Shown: positions 38,431 to 47,987 of the stretch, piece by piece
Numbering within the stretch: the stretch's first letter is position 1
Layout of the letters: each line of letters opens with the position of its first letter
From: a virus
IMG/VR virus record: IMGVR_UViG_3300027983_000011
Span: 5,938 to 69,937 of that record
Reading direction: 5' to 3' (one strand)
DNA length: 64,000 bases
Notes under the pieces: model-generated
Told to the model about the DNA's origin: nothing
Database searches by the model: none
The model's input: only the letters and a program-made list of their open reading frames with translations
Made by a program: the position numbers and the translations under genes

Positions 38431-39399
38431 TTATGTTTTTGAACCTGTTATTTTAATTTCCTTTGAGCCGGGGTCGAATCTCAAAATGAAGCGCTTTAAT
38501 CCCTGTACCTTTTCTGGAGTAACCTTTATCATGTTCAAAATTTTTAATACATCGGGAGAAAGTTTAGCATCTATCTTTCCTGTAAATGCCATGACTTCTT
38601 TTTCCAAATATGACTGCAATTGATTTGGCCCGTAGTATGGTAAATCTGGGTCTAACTCTATAACATTGCCCGATGGGTCGATGAATTCAAATGCATAGAC
38701 ATCATCAACAACCTCCGGCGCCGTATCAGAGGATGCATCAGAAAACGCATCGGCTGGAACTGATGCTTTACCTTTATAATTTAGGCCAGTATTTTTTACA
38801 GCGGTTGTCCGGTTAGCATTGCCAGCACCAAGGGCGCCCTTGGTGCGATATTCATCAACCGCCTCTTTTACCAAAAACTGCAGGGCCTCTTTGAGACTCT
38901 TTTTCTTAGGAGCGGTTCCTCCGACGGGACGTTTAGTACCTTCCTTCTTCTCACCAACAGGAACCTTTGGTGTGTCGGACTTCTTCACGACACGCTTGGT
39001 CTCAGTGTTTTTCTTCTTTTCCTTGACCGGCAACTTTGTGCCTTCCTTCTTTTCCTTTGGTTTATCCGTCGAGGTGATTGATTTGGAATCAGATTTCATC
39101 TTCGTATTAGGAGTTTTCTTGGATGCCACGGTATTGCCGGATAATCCTTTTTTAGCTTCGGTCAGGGTGGTTTCTTCGATTTCTACTTCTTCGAGAACCT
39201 CGCGTATCATTTGTTTAAGTTCGTTCTTCTTCATAATATTTTCGTGTTGGGTACTTTTTTCCAACTTGTTTAAAGCAATGTCCTCTGCGGATTCTTTATC
39301 TTGTGAATCCTGATGAGCGCCGACCAAATCCGAAGGGATCTCATTGGAACCGTCTTCTAACATTTCCCGTATCATTTGTTTTAGTTCTGATTTTTTCAT
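38431..39399 (-). CDS. Lys-rich probable internal head protein
   Basis: MKKSELKQMIREMLE and internal copy MKKNELKQMIREVLEE. Confidence 0.6.
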   Translation of the reverse strand: MKKSELKQMIREMLEDGSNEIPSDLVGAHQDSQDKESAEDIALNKLEKSTQHENIMKKNELKQMIREVLEEVEIEETTLTEAKKGLSGNTVASKKTPNTKMKSDSKSITSTDKPKEKKEGTKLPVKEKKKNTETKRVVKKSDTPKVPVGEKKEGTKRPVGGTAPKKKSLKEALQFLVKEAVDEYRTKGALGAGNANRTTAVKNTGLNYKGKASVPADAFSDASSDTAPEVVDDVYAFEFIDPSGNVIELDPDLPYYGPNQLQSYLEKEVMAFTGKIDAKLSPDVLKILNMIKVTPEKVQGLKRFILRFDPGSKEIKITGSKT

Positions 39400-39402
39400 G
39401 TA

Positions 39403-40005
39403 TTATACCTTCGATTGTATTCGTTGTAGTTCGGCGTTTTTGCGAGCCAACTCGGTTTCTTTACGACTAATTTGGTTCTGTAGTGGTGTAACGGCTTTGG
39501 CCAATTTACCCTTTAAATTCTGCATGTCGGTTTGAATCTTGTTTTTGTCTCTTTCAAGATTAGCAATTTTTTTCTGATCATTTGGATTCGCCGATTGAGA
39601 TGTGCTAAGAGCATCTACCATGGCATCGGCCGGACTCATTGGTTCTCCAATTTCCTCTAAATGCGACTTCTTTAGATAGTTTGGTTTTGCCTCCTCAATG
39701 TCGTGGATTAAATTGACCATTGAATTGATAATACCGTCCGGCTTTAATTGATAAGCAACGTTCCGCAAATTCCCATTTTTAGCATCTTTAGCTACAACTT
39801 CTAAATCATTAGCAATTTTCTGTTTCCATTGACTGTATAACATATTACCGTAACCATTTAACTGAATAATTGGATCTGCACTGCGGCGATTCCCTACAGG
39901 CTTGTCCATGATATATCCATACTTCGATCCAGCTTTATCCATAGCCTCATTTAATCGGTTTCGGATAATGGACTTGACAATCTCCTTTAATTCAGCTTTT
40001 TTCAT
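39403..40005 (-). CDS. Probable internal head protein, coiled-coil C-terminus
   Basis: MKKAELKEIVKSIIRNRLNE N-terminus. Confidence 0.55.
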   Translation of the reverse strand: MKKAELKEIVKSIIRNRLNEAMDKAGSKYGYIMDKPVGNRRSADPIIQLNGYGNMLYSQWKQKIANDLEVVAKDAKNGNLRNVAYQLKPDGIINSMVNLIHDIEEAKPNYLKKSHLEEIGEPMSPADAMVDALSTSQSANPNDQKKIANLERDKNKIQTDMQNLKGKLAKAVTPLQNQISRKETELARKNAELQRIQSKV

Positions 40006-40009
40006 GATA

Positions 40010-40459
40010 TTATTCGTCCCATCCGACCGTCATTTCAACCTGTAAAATAAGAGTTTTTTCTCCATTAAGCCGCCCTCGCTTTATAACTTCTGCAAAACCA
40101 GATGTGTATGGAGACCCAGGTCTAGCTTCCGACCTTAGTCTCTTAGCAATTGTCTCTAACAAACGCTCTTCATAGGTCTCCTCGTCTTCGGTCAAATTAG
40201 AAATCACCTCAGGATCATCAACGGGTACAGCTAATTTCCATGAATAAATTGTTGTCCCACTCTCTTCTTCCGAATTATCAACTTTGATGGATAGCGGAAC
40301 AATGTATTTATCAAATGGAAATCCTAAAATACCCCTCACATCTTGTTCAGTGCCCGCTTTTACAGCTTCAGTAAAGACCTCTTCCACACATTCCATGATA
40401 ATATCACGAATAAAATTGGTTTTGCTATGAACAGCACGTTGGTTTTTTGGGGGATGCAT
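40010..40459 (-). CDS. Hypothetical late protein
   Basis: FIRDIIMECVEEVFTE motif; TATTTATA upstream. Confidence 0.5.
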   Translation of the reverse strand: MHPPKNQRAVHSKTNFIRDIIMECVEEVFTEAVKAGTEQDVRGILGFPFDKYIVPLSIKVDNSEEESGTTIYSWKLAVPVDDPEVISNLTEDEETYEERLLETIAKRLRSEARPGSPYTSGFAEVIKRGRLNGEKTLILQVEMTVGWDE

Positions 40460-40511
40460 TAGGTAGGTGAAGTTTTCTATAAATATACACCAAACCGCAG
40501 AATCCGCTGAT

Positions 40512-40691
40512 TTAGCGTATCAAGTTTCTCAGAAAGTCAAGATGGTGGACGCCTTCATACTTTGCGACGAAATAACAGAAAGACGCCACCACATGGGGAG
40601 TTTCTTTTTTTAATAACTCTGACATCTTTTGATATTCTTCGTCCCTGAACATCTCAAGGTATTCTTCGCATCTACTGTCTAAATTTTCCAT
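40512..40691 (-). CDS. Hypothetical protein (59 aa)
   Basis: Manual translation MENLDSRCEEYLEMF...FLRNLIR*, directly after the HNH gene. Confidence 0.45.
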   Translation of the reverse strand: MENLDSRCEEYLEMFRDEEYQKMSELLKKETPHVVASFCYFVAKYEGVHHLDFLRNLIR

Positions 40692-40692
40692 G

Positions 40693-40956
40693 TCACTTTT
40701 TAGTCTTGAAACATGGTAGAAATTCCGGAGGCTTATTTCGTATCCATTTAAGATATTTTTGAAACCGTGGTTGATCTTTTAAAGCCGCGGGTGTATTATA
40801 GACGTTACTTAACTCATTGTTAGTAAATAAATCGTGGATTGTATTATGACACGGTATACAGATGGTAGTTTTCTCCTTACCACCCTTTGCTCGTGGGACA
40901 AAGTGGTGATCGTTAGAGTATTCAACATCACGACGGCATAAGGGGCAATTAAACAT
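40693..40956 (-). CDS. Small HNH endonuclease
   Basis: CPLC..HHFVPRAKGG...ICIPCHNTIH. Confidence 0.82.
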   Translation of the reverse strand: MFNCPLCRRDVEYSNDHHFVPRAKGGKEKTTICIPCHNTIHDLFTNNELSNVYNTPAALKDQPRFQKYLKWIRNKPPEFLPCFKTKK

Positions 40957-41002
40957 CCACCAACATTTACAAGACTATTGGTAGTTTGTCAACCACCAAC
41001 TT

Positions 41003-41944
41003 TTACATCCATTGACCCGGACGTTGATTTCGCGGAGAATAACTCTTCCCAGCAACATACTTGTCTAACACCAACTCACCAAGCTGGTCCAAAATAGCCT
41101 TATCTGTAACCGGCCGCTCACTCGCGTCAAATGCTCCCACCCTTTCCACCGATTCCGGAACTTCTGCCAAAGTGTCGCGGCCCTGGCCAGAGTAACCTCT
41201 TCGGGCATCAAACTCGTGGTCCACAGAGACTTCGTTCCACCCAAATTCAGCGCTTACAAAATAAATTTGTCCATTCAAAGTTACTTCTTCATCTTCTACA
41301 TCCCATTCCTCATTTGGTGCTTCTTGCATTACACGATTTTTTAAACCAGCGATTTGTCCACCCAATTCTTTCAAACCGTGCATCTGAATAAGCTCATCGG
41401 CCAAAGCGACGATTTGAGTTAATTTTGCTTGTTGATTGTTGGCTGGACTTATCGTGTTAATGATCCTCTTTATAAGTCTACCAATTTCAACCTCGCGTTT
41501 TTCTTCCGGGTTATTTACATCACCCTCGGCGTGTTCAAATACACCCTCTTCACTATCTGCACAATCCTTATATTGGTATCCTTGTTTTTTCTCCCACGAA
41601 CTTAGTGCGTTTGGGGTTTTGCGGGTAGGACACGGAAATCTAGAAGGATGTGATTGATTGTGTCGATTTATTTTTCTATCAAAATCGTCACGCTCATCTT
41701 GGTCCGGGTCATGGTCTTCCGAAACGTCTTTGTTTTCCCAAGCTGCCCACATCTCATTTACACGAACATCGCCTTCATTTTTCTTATTGTGAATTGCCCA
41801 CATGGTAGAATATGCTTTCGGCGTCTCTCCATAGTGCTTAATAAGTTTATCATGTAGAGATTTTGGAAAATTTGGTGGGGCTGTTTCCGTCATCATCTCA
41901 TTAATCGATTCACGGATGAGTTTTTGAATTTCTGTTTTTTTCAT
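41003..41944 (-). CDS. Mosaic probable internal head protein
   Basis: Likely start MKKTEIQKLIRESINEMMTE after TATTTATA. Confidence 0.55.
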   Translation of the reverse strand: MKKTEIQKLIRESINEMMTETAPPNFPKSLHDKLIKHYGETPKAYSTMWAIHNKKNEGDVRVNEMWAAWENKDVSEDHDPDQDERDDFDRKINRHNQSHPSRFPCPTRKTPNALSSWEKKQGYQYKDCADSEEGVFEHAEGDVNNPEEKREVEIGRLIKRIINTISPANNQQAKLTQIVALADELIQMHGLKELGGQIAGLKNRVMQEAPNEEWDVEDEEVTLNGQIYFVSAEFGWNEVSVDHEFDARRGYSGQGRDTLAEVPESVERVGAFDASERPVTDKAILDQLGELVLDKYVAGKSYSPRNQRPGQWM

Positions 41945-42041
41945 AGTATCAGGGTGTCGATATATAAATAGAAGTGTGGTGTGTGAAAGAAGCACAAAAA
42001 ATCCCCTATTTTCATAGAGGATATTTTTAGACTTATCTATT

Positions 42042-42530
42042 TTAGTATTGGAGTATAGCGTAATCGTACCGCAGAGTGACGTTCATCATAAGTGCGTCAC
42101 TTGTTCCCCAATCAAGGTTGTTACCATTGAAAGATTCAACAAATGCACCTTTAAGTGTCCACTCTTCAACTTTATCAAGTGCTGGGCCGAGAACGTTGAT
42201 GGTGACATCTTTCTTATAGAAATCAGCGTAACCGTTGCGGCCGGTGACAGATTCATGACTCAAACGAACCCATTCCATAACAGCTTGAGCTGCGGAAGGA
42301 ACAACTGGGTCATAGAGGGTAATTTCAATAGGTTGCCATTCAGACTTACCTTTGACGTAACGCTTCAAGTTGATGTGTTCTAATGTAATTGGGTTGTTGT
42401 TGAACGAAGGCCGTCCAGCTGTTTTAATCATGTACGCTGGAATTCCGTCGATGTACATCGTGAAACGATTTTGTACCTTTGGTTCCCAGCTTTGAAAGAA
42501 TGCCTCATTTTGGTCTAGTAGTTCTGCCAT
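42042..42530 (-). CDS. Tail tube protein (gp19-like)
   Basis: EPKVQNRF, KGKSEWQPIEITLYDP, VMEW, YKKD, EEWTLKGAF, LDW. Confidence 0.88.
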   Translation of the reverse strand: MAELLDQNEAFFQSWEPKVQNRFTMYIDGIPAYMIKTAGRPSFNNNPITLEHINLKRYVKGKSEWQPIEITLYDPVVPSAAQAVMEWVRLSHESVTGRNGYADFYKKDVTINVLGPALDKVEEWTLKGAFVESFNGNNLDWGTSDALMMNVTLRYDYAILQY

Positions 42531-42649
42531 ATTAGTGTGTAGTTAAATTTAGTTTAAGCGTATTGCCCGTCTACACTATAAATAAAACAAAACTCAAAAA
42601 ATTGTGCAATTCTCATAGTATTTATCAGTAGTCGAACCAATCTACATTA

Positions 42650-43747
42650 ATGGCAAGAACAAGAGACCCAAAAACAGATTTACACAAGACATGCCCAACT
42701 TGTGGCGCTAAATTTGTCTGTAAACCAAGTAGAAATAAAACATATTGCACCAAACGTTGTGCAGCCAACTCCACTACCGTGAAGGGCAAGAATAGAACAA
42801 ACGTTAAGAATACTTTTAAGAGAGTGTATGGTGGCCATCCTATGTCTCTAAAGAAACCGATTTTAAAAAACCCGCCACTTGAACCGATATTATCGGATTT
42901 TAAAAGTGAAATCAAAGAATACGTAAGCGGTTTAATTGAAATATCCATTGATAAGTCTACGTTGTATCCAATTGATGTGGACATATTCATCCCCTTAAAA
43001 AATATTGCTATAGACTTAGTTAGAATAAGCGACAATTCAGAGGTAATGGGACAGCGGCACAAGAATTACCATTTGAATAAAACAAAGATATGTTCGCTCA
43101 AAGGAATCCGATTACTCCACATCTTCGAGAACGATTGGTCTGAACACAAAATCGCAACAAAGTCTGTTTTGGCAAACATTCTAATACATAGAAATGAAAA
43201 GATATCCGCTCGTGAATGTGAAGTGTGTAGCGTATCGTCACGTTGGAAAGATGAATTCTTATCAAAGAACCACATTAAGGGAAAAGATAGATCATCAATC
43301 AAACTTGGACTAATCCACGAAAAAGAGTTGGTTGCAGTTATGACTGCTAATAAATCTAAATTTTCAAAATCTGATGGAATAGAAATTAACCGATTTTGTT
43401 CAAAGGCGGGTTATACGATAGTGGGGGGAATGAGTAAATTGTTTGATACTATATTAAAGTCGTACGAGCCTGCAACCGTGGTCGCTCACTGTGATAGGAG
43501 ATACTTCTCGGGTGAGACATACCTAAAACTCGGATTTCATTTTGTGGATAATACTCGACCTGAGTATCGGTATGTAACAGAATCTTATGATCACCTCGAA
43601 ACCAAGAATAATTGGAGAAGAGACGTGTTAAAGAAAAAACTTAAAAAATTTCAACCAGAAAAATCTGAGTGGGAGAATATGAAGGCCAATGGTTTCGACA
43701 GGATTTGGGATTGTGGTCATTCTAAGTGGGTCTGGGCCAAAAAATGA
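42650..43747 (+). CDS. Hef-like homing-endonuclease-family protein with C-terminal GNAT-like domain
   Basis: CPTC...YCTKRC zinc motif, DIFIP..NIAID, GIRLLHIFENDW, ARECEV, RFCSK...VGGMSKL, RIWDCG. Confidence 0.7.
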   Translation: MARTRDPKTDLHKTCPTCGAKFVCKPSRNKTYCTKRCAANSTTVKGKNRTNVKNTFKRVYGGHPMSLKKPILKNPPLEPILSDFKSEIKEYVSGLIEISIDKSTLYPIDVDIFIPLKNIAIDLVRISDNSEVMGQRHKNYHLNKTKICSLKGIRLLHIFENDWSEHKIATKSVLANILIHRNEKISARECEVCSVSSRWKDEFLSKNHIKGKDRSSIKLGLIHEKELVAVMTANKSKFSKSDGIEINRFCSKAGYTIVGGMSKLFDTILKSYEPATVVAHCDRRYFSGETYLKLGFHFVDNTRPEYRYVTESYDHLETKNNWRRDVLKKKLKKFQPEKSEWENMKANGFDRIWDCGHSKWVWAKK

Positions 43748-43748
43748 C

Positions 43749-43777
43749 TTGACAGTTTATAAAAACCTGTATACGGT
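43749..43777 (+). promoter_or_regulatory. sigma70-like promoter with TTTATAAA box (RNA ligase)
   Basis: TTGACA-GTTTATAAAAACCTGTA(17)-TACGGT, GTG 7 nt later. Confidence 0.6.
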
Positions 43778-43784
43778 TGTGGTG

Positions 43785-44792
43785 GTGAAACATATTCCGT
43801 ATCCATCTATCGAGCAGTTCCGCAGCGCAATTCATAAAGTCCGAGCCAAGGCTCGCCAAACAGGCGTTGACGTGAACGGAGACCCTGTTTATGATGACAC
43901 AATTCCCGCTCCTACACTCACTTACGAAGGTACGGTGAAGCTACATGGGACCAATGCTGCTATCGGGTGGAGAAATGGAGAGGGAGTCTGGTTTCAATCC
44001 AGAGAAAACGTCATTACACTTGAAAAGGATAACGCTGGGTTCGTGCGTAGTTTTGAGGGTAAAGACCTAAACACTTGGCTTTCAACGATGTTTGCCCACG
44101 CCGACGAAAAAGTCTTGTTTGGGGAATGGTGTGGGGGAAATATCCAACCAAACGTGGCTCTGTCCGGCCTCTCAAAGAGATTTGTGATATTTGCTGCGCT
44201 TATTGATGGCGAATGGCAATCACGTTCTACGGTGTCATTGATAAGTTCAGACGAATTTGGTATCGAAAACATTTACGACTATCAAACCGAGCAAATTGAA
44301 ATCGACTTCAATAAGCCAGAACTCTCCCAAAACGAACTTGTCCGGTTAACTACACGGGTTGAATCTGAGTGCCCGTTTAGTAAGGCTCATGGGATTTCGG
44401 GAATTGGTGAAGGGATAGTATGGCAATGTAAAACAATTGGTTGGGATTTCCCAGAATATACCTTCAAGGTGAAGGGAGATGCACATGCCAATTCTAAAGT
44501 AACTAAACTTAAAACTGTAAATCGTCCGGAACTTAATAAAGCGATTGAAATTGCGGAGGTGGTCACGCCGCCGTGGCGGCTATCACAGATGTTGGAAGCT
44601 TCTTGTGATTTGATGAATGGGGGTATTGTTGACCGCAGAAAACTCGGCGAATATATAAGGTTAGTCACCGCCGATGTTGAAAAGGAAGATTTGGATATTA
44701 TTACATCCGCTGGACTTGAAATGAAAGATGTGGCTGGAAATATCTCTAAAATTGCCAAAAATTACTTTTTTGAACAGGAAAAATATAAATAG
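43785..44792 (+). CDS. Rnl2-family RNA ligase
   Basis: Motif I KLHGTN, FQSR, FGEWCG, FVIF, GEGIVW, FKVKG; start reassigned to GTG 43785. Confidence 0.82.
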   Translation: MKHIPYPSIEQFRSAIHKVRAKARQTGVDVNGDPVYDDTIPAPTLTYEGTVKLHGTNAAIGWRNGEGVWFQSRENVITLEKDNAGFVRSFEGKDLNTWLSTMFAHADEKVLFGEWCGGNIQPNVALSGLSKRFVIFAALIDGEWQSRSTVSLISSDEFGIENIYDYQTEQIEIDFNKPELSQNELVRLTTRVESECPFSKAHGISGIGEGIVWQCKTIGWDFPEYTFKVKGDAHANSKVTKLKTVNRPELNKAIEIAEVVTPPWRLSQMLEASCDLMNGGIVDRRKLGEYIRLVTADVEKEDLDIITSAGLEMKDVAGNISKIAKNYFFEQEKYK

Positions 44793-44803
44793 TCATTATG
44801 TAA

Positions 44804-45186
44804 GCGTTTCCAGCCCCATCAAATTTCTACGCGAAACAAACTGCCACCAGAAGTCTCATTATTTTGGCATGTCTGTTTCATGACGTTGGGAAGATGTGGG
44901 ACTATGCAGAAGCGGATGATGGTACGTGGTTCGGTACTGACCACAAGCGGAACGTCCATCACATCTCTCGCTCGGCTATTGAATGGTCTAAGGCGGTAGA
45001 AAAAACAAATACATGTCGTGACATAGAGGATGAAGATTACATGCAATTCTGACTCATCACGGCCAACGAGAATTTGGTTCTCCAGTAGCACCTAAATCCC
45101 GATTGGCGTGGATTCTACATCTGTGTGATAACATGAGCGCTAGAATGAATGACGCCGATACGTTGGATGTAATTAGAAGAAAATAA
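44804..45186 (+). pseudogene. Truncated, frameshifted YhaM-like HD-domain gene
   Basis: LACLFHDVGKMWDY...HISRS..., frameshift near 45035, then LHAILTHHGQREFGSPVAPKS..AWILHLCDNMSAR. Confidence 0.75.
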
Positions 45187-45222
45187 GTTGACAAACTGAA
45201 ATAAGTCCTATAGGGTTATATT

Positions 45223-45534
45223 ATGTCGAATATAAATGTCGGTGAATTAAAAAATTTTATTAAACAAAATGCCGATGGTGTATGCTTTCAGTCGGTGGAC
45301 TTCTCTACCGAAAGTGAGGAGCTTTCATCAAAAATCAAACAGATACTAACGAACATGTTTTCAAACTTGAGGGATGTTGAAGGAAAGGAAATCGTCAAAG
45401 AGACCGTTATCACCATTGAAAACACAGCTGAAAAATTGGGTGGAAGTGTAACTTTTACTTTAATCGGAACTGGCGAAAAAATTTCTGTAGATTTCGGGGT
45501 CGATATTGAAACAACTCCTATTAAAAATGAATAA
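45223..45534 (+). CDS. Hypothetical protein
   Basis: TTGACA-17-TAGGGT with ATG 6 nt later. Confidence 0.55.
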   Translation: MSNINVGELKNFIKQNADGVCFQSVDFSTESEELSSKIKQILTNMFSNLRDVEGKEIVKETVITIENTAEKLGGSVTFTLIGTGEKISVDFGVDIETTPIKNE

Positions 45535-45591
45535 AAGCCCACAGTCGAAACACCCGATGCAACTGAGACTGTGTTGGCGTAATCCAAAATT

Positions 45592-46072
45592 ATGAAAACA
45601 AGAATCGTACTCACACTAATACTCACATCCATTTAGGGATTCCTCAACCGTGGACTGTTTTATACCGACGATGTAATCATTAAGAATACACTGGCCGTAA
45701 ACACTGTAAACGGAGGGGACGCGGGGAGGGGCGACGGCGCACTTCTTGCACAGAATACCTACGCCACTTCAGGTCCAACATTAGTGTTGTTCAGCACTCT
45801 AGCCGTTCTTACACTTCTATTCGTGGTGTGGTCTAAGCCGCTCTCAAATCTGTTCAAGTTTTCCGAAGATAAAATTTAACCTGCTCAGTAACAAATACAA
45901 AATGAAAAATAAAATCAATACGCTAGTCGTAATTCCAATCAGTGCCTTGGAACTTTCTCTCACGGGGTGTGCATTCGTCCCGTTGAACCAAAGGTGCTGG
46001 AAACAGCCCAATCGAACGAAACTAGACCCAACAAAAGTCAAGGAGTTTGCTGATGCCTTGCACGACCTCTAA
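45592..46072 (+). pseudogene. Decayed membrane protein and lipoprotein gene pair
   Basis: MKTRIVLTLILTSI*GFLNRG... has an in-frame TAG; next ORF MKNKINTL...SLTGC has a lipobox, then shifts frame and is truncated. Confidence 0.5.
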
Positions 46073-46077
46073 TTTAA

Positions 46078-46485
46078 ATGAAAGACAATTACACACTAGA
46101 ACCCGATAAAATCACAATCACGGAGTTGTGGGGTTTGGGCCATATTACATTCAACCCACCACTGGTGATTGAGGTATATTTACCCGAGGCACCCGAAAAG
46201 GACTATGCCCATATTGTATATGACTTTGGTATGAGTGACCGTGTTCCCATTACAAAAGAGAAAAATTGGTTAATCAATTACGCTAAAAACAATGAGGAAT
46301 GTGACCCATTAAAGACCGTGTTCTCCACCATCAAGTTTGATTTGATGCATGCGTTTTTTCATTTCAACGAAGACCCGAACTACGGCCACACCCATTGGGC
46401 GTTGTATGGGAACTTGGAGAATCGGGTTGACTGCAACGATGTAGAAGAATACGGTGGAAAACCGAACCGACCTATTGAAACGTGA
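46078..46485 (+). CDS. Hypothetical protein
   Basis: 135 aa ORF with ATG. Confidence 0.5.
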   Translation: MKDNYTLEPDKITITELWGLGHITFNPPLVIEVYLPEAPEKDYAHIVYDFGMSDRVPITKEKNWLINYAKNNEECDPLKTVFSTIKFDLMHAFFHFNEDPNYGHTHWALYGNLENRVDCNDVEEYGGKPNRPIET

Positions 46486-46539
46486 GGCAGCGCTAAAGTT
46501 GGGCACAAAAAACACGGAAGCATCTAATCGGAAGACGAG

Positions 46540-46846
46540 CATGACCATGAAAAAAAGCAAACGAGCGCAGCAACACATTAAAGAAGTATCCAAAGAACAG
46601 CGAGCACAAATTAGCAAAGCCCTGAGCGGAAGAACTCAATCGGACAAAACGAAAGCTAAAAAAAGTAAACCAGTACTCCAACTCGGGTTGGACGGCAAGT
46701 TAATACGCAGATGGAAATCCTTGAGAGAAGCAATCGGGGAAGGCAAATTTACTCCACAACTAATGCGAGAGTGCATTGCCGGTAGTCGAGATGAATATAA
46801 AAACTCAAATAGATGTACGAGAATAAATAACTGCGTTTGCACTTGA
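46540..46846 (+). pseudogene. NUMOD3/NUMOD1 homing-endonuclease remnant without nuclease domain
   Basis: ISKALSGRTQSDKTKAK, SKPVLQLGLDGKLIRRWKSLREA. Confidence 0.6.
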
Positions 46847-46943
46847 CATTTATAAAGTGCCGTATATATTTATGAGTGTAGCAAGAGTGTTATTGATGAC
46901 TCGAACTACATTACAACTCAAAAACTAGATAAAGGATAAGTTT

Positions 46944-47930
46944 ATGAATATGAAACCAGTAGAAAAGGATTATACCGTGGGCGTAATTGTGGCGCGTTTT
47001 CAGTGTGCCTCTCTCCACGAAGCACACAAAGAACTGATTGATACAGTTCTTTCTAACCATCCTAAAGTGATGATATTCCTTGGGTTAAGTCCCGTAAGAG
47101 GAAGTATTTACGACCCGCTAGACTTCCAGCCCCGCAAACAAATGATTCTTGAGGCATATCCCCACGATAAATTTCCAAACTTGTCTATTGGCTACGTCAA
47201 AGACAATCGTTCTGATTCCGATTGGTCCACTAAGCTGGATGAAAATATCAGAACGGAAATGGAACCAAATGACACAGTTGTTCTTTATGGCAGCCGAGAT
47301 TCATTTTTGACCCACTACACTGGCAAATTCGATGTTCGCGAGTTGCAGTCCACTCGTTACGTCTCAGGCACCGAACTGAGAGCCAAGATTGCTCAGGCAC
47401 CTCAGAATAATCCACAATTTCGGGCGGGAGCTATTTGGGCAACGGCCCAGCGATACCCACTGGTTTACTCCACTGTTGATATCCTGGTATTCGACCCTAA
47501 AGAACGTCGAGTTCTTTTGGCCCGTAAGCCCCTCGAAAGCCAGTATCGTTTCGTAGGTGGTTTTGCCGACCCAAAGGATGATTCGTTTGAAGTTTCCGCT
47601 CTTCGTGAACTGTCTGAGGAAACTGGTCTAGCCGTTGGTCTGGTCGGACTCCGTTACGTCGGGAGCAAGAAGGTTGATGACTGGCGCTATGCTAACAATC
47701 CTTCTGAAAAAATCATGACCCATTTGTACGTTGGAGTTTACTCCATGGGCTGCCCAAAGGCGAATGATGACATTGCTGAGGTTCGTTGGTTTGATTATGA
47801 CAAATTGAACACGACCACTACAAATAGCGAAGGAACCAAATCCGCCGCTGAATTTACATTGGTGGAAGAGCACCGCCCTCTTTGGGTGATGGTTAAAAAT
47901 TACATTGATACAAACTTTCCGAAGGCTTGA
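46944..47930 (+). CDS. nadM: Bifunctional NMN adenylyltransferase / Nudix ADP-ribose pyrophosphatase
   Basis: VARFQ...HEAH, SGTELR, GGFAD...ALRELSEETGL Nudix box, ANDDIAEVRW. Confidence 0.9.
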   Translation: MNMKPVEKDYTVGVIVARFQCASLHEAHKELIDTVLSNHPKVMIFLGLSPVRGSIYDPLDFQPRKQMILEAYPHDKFPNLSIGYVKDNRSDSDWSTKLDENIRTEMEPNDTVVLYGSRDSFLTHYTGKFDVRELQSTRYVSGTELRAKIAQAPQNNPQFRAGAIWATAQRYPLVYSTVDILVFDPKERRVLLARKPLESQYRFVGGFADPKDDSFEVSALRELSEETGLAVGLVGLRYVGSKKVDDWRYANNPSEKIMTHLYVGVYSMGCPKANDDIAEVRWFDYDKLNTTTTNSEGTKSAAEFTLVEEHRPLWVMVKNYIDTNFPKA

Positions 47931-47987
47931 TATAACATAAGCCGACGAAACAACAAACAGAAATCCTGATAAAGATAAGGAAATTAT

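Noticed and set aside
43689-43784. N-terminal extension of the RNA ligase in the ORF track
   Set aside because: Overlaps the upstream gene and the promoter; GTG at 43785 fits better.
45592-45879. In-frame TAG as evidence of stop-codon recoding
   Set aside because: Isolated case; long genes are intact in the standard code and TAG ends other genes.
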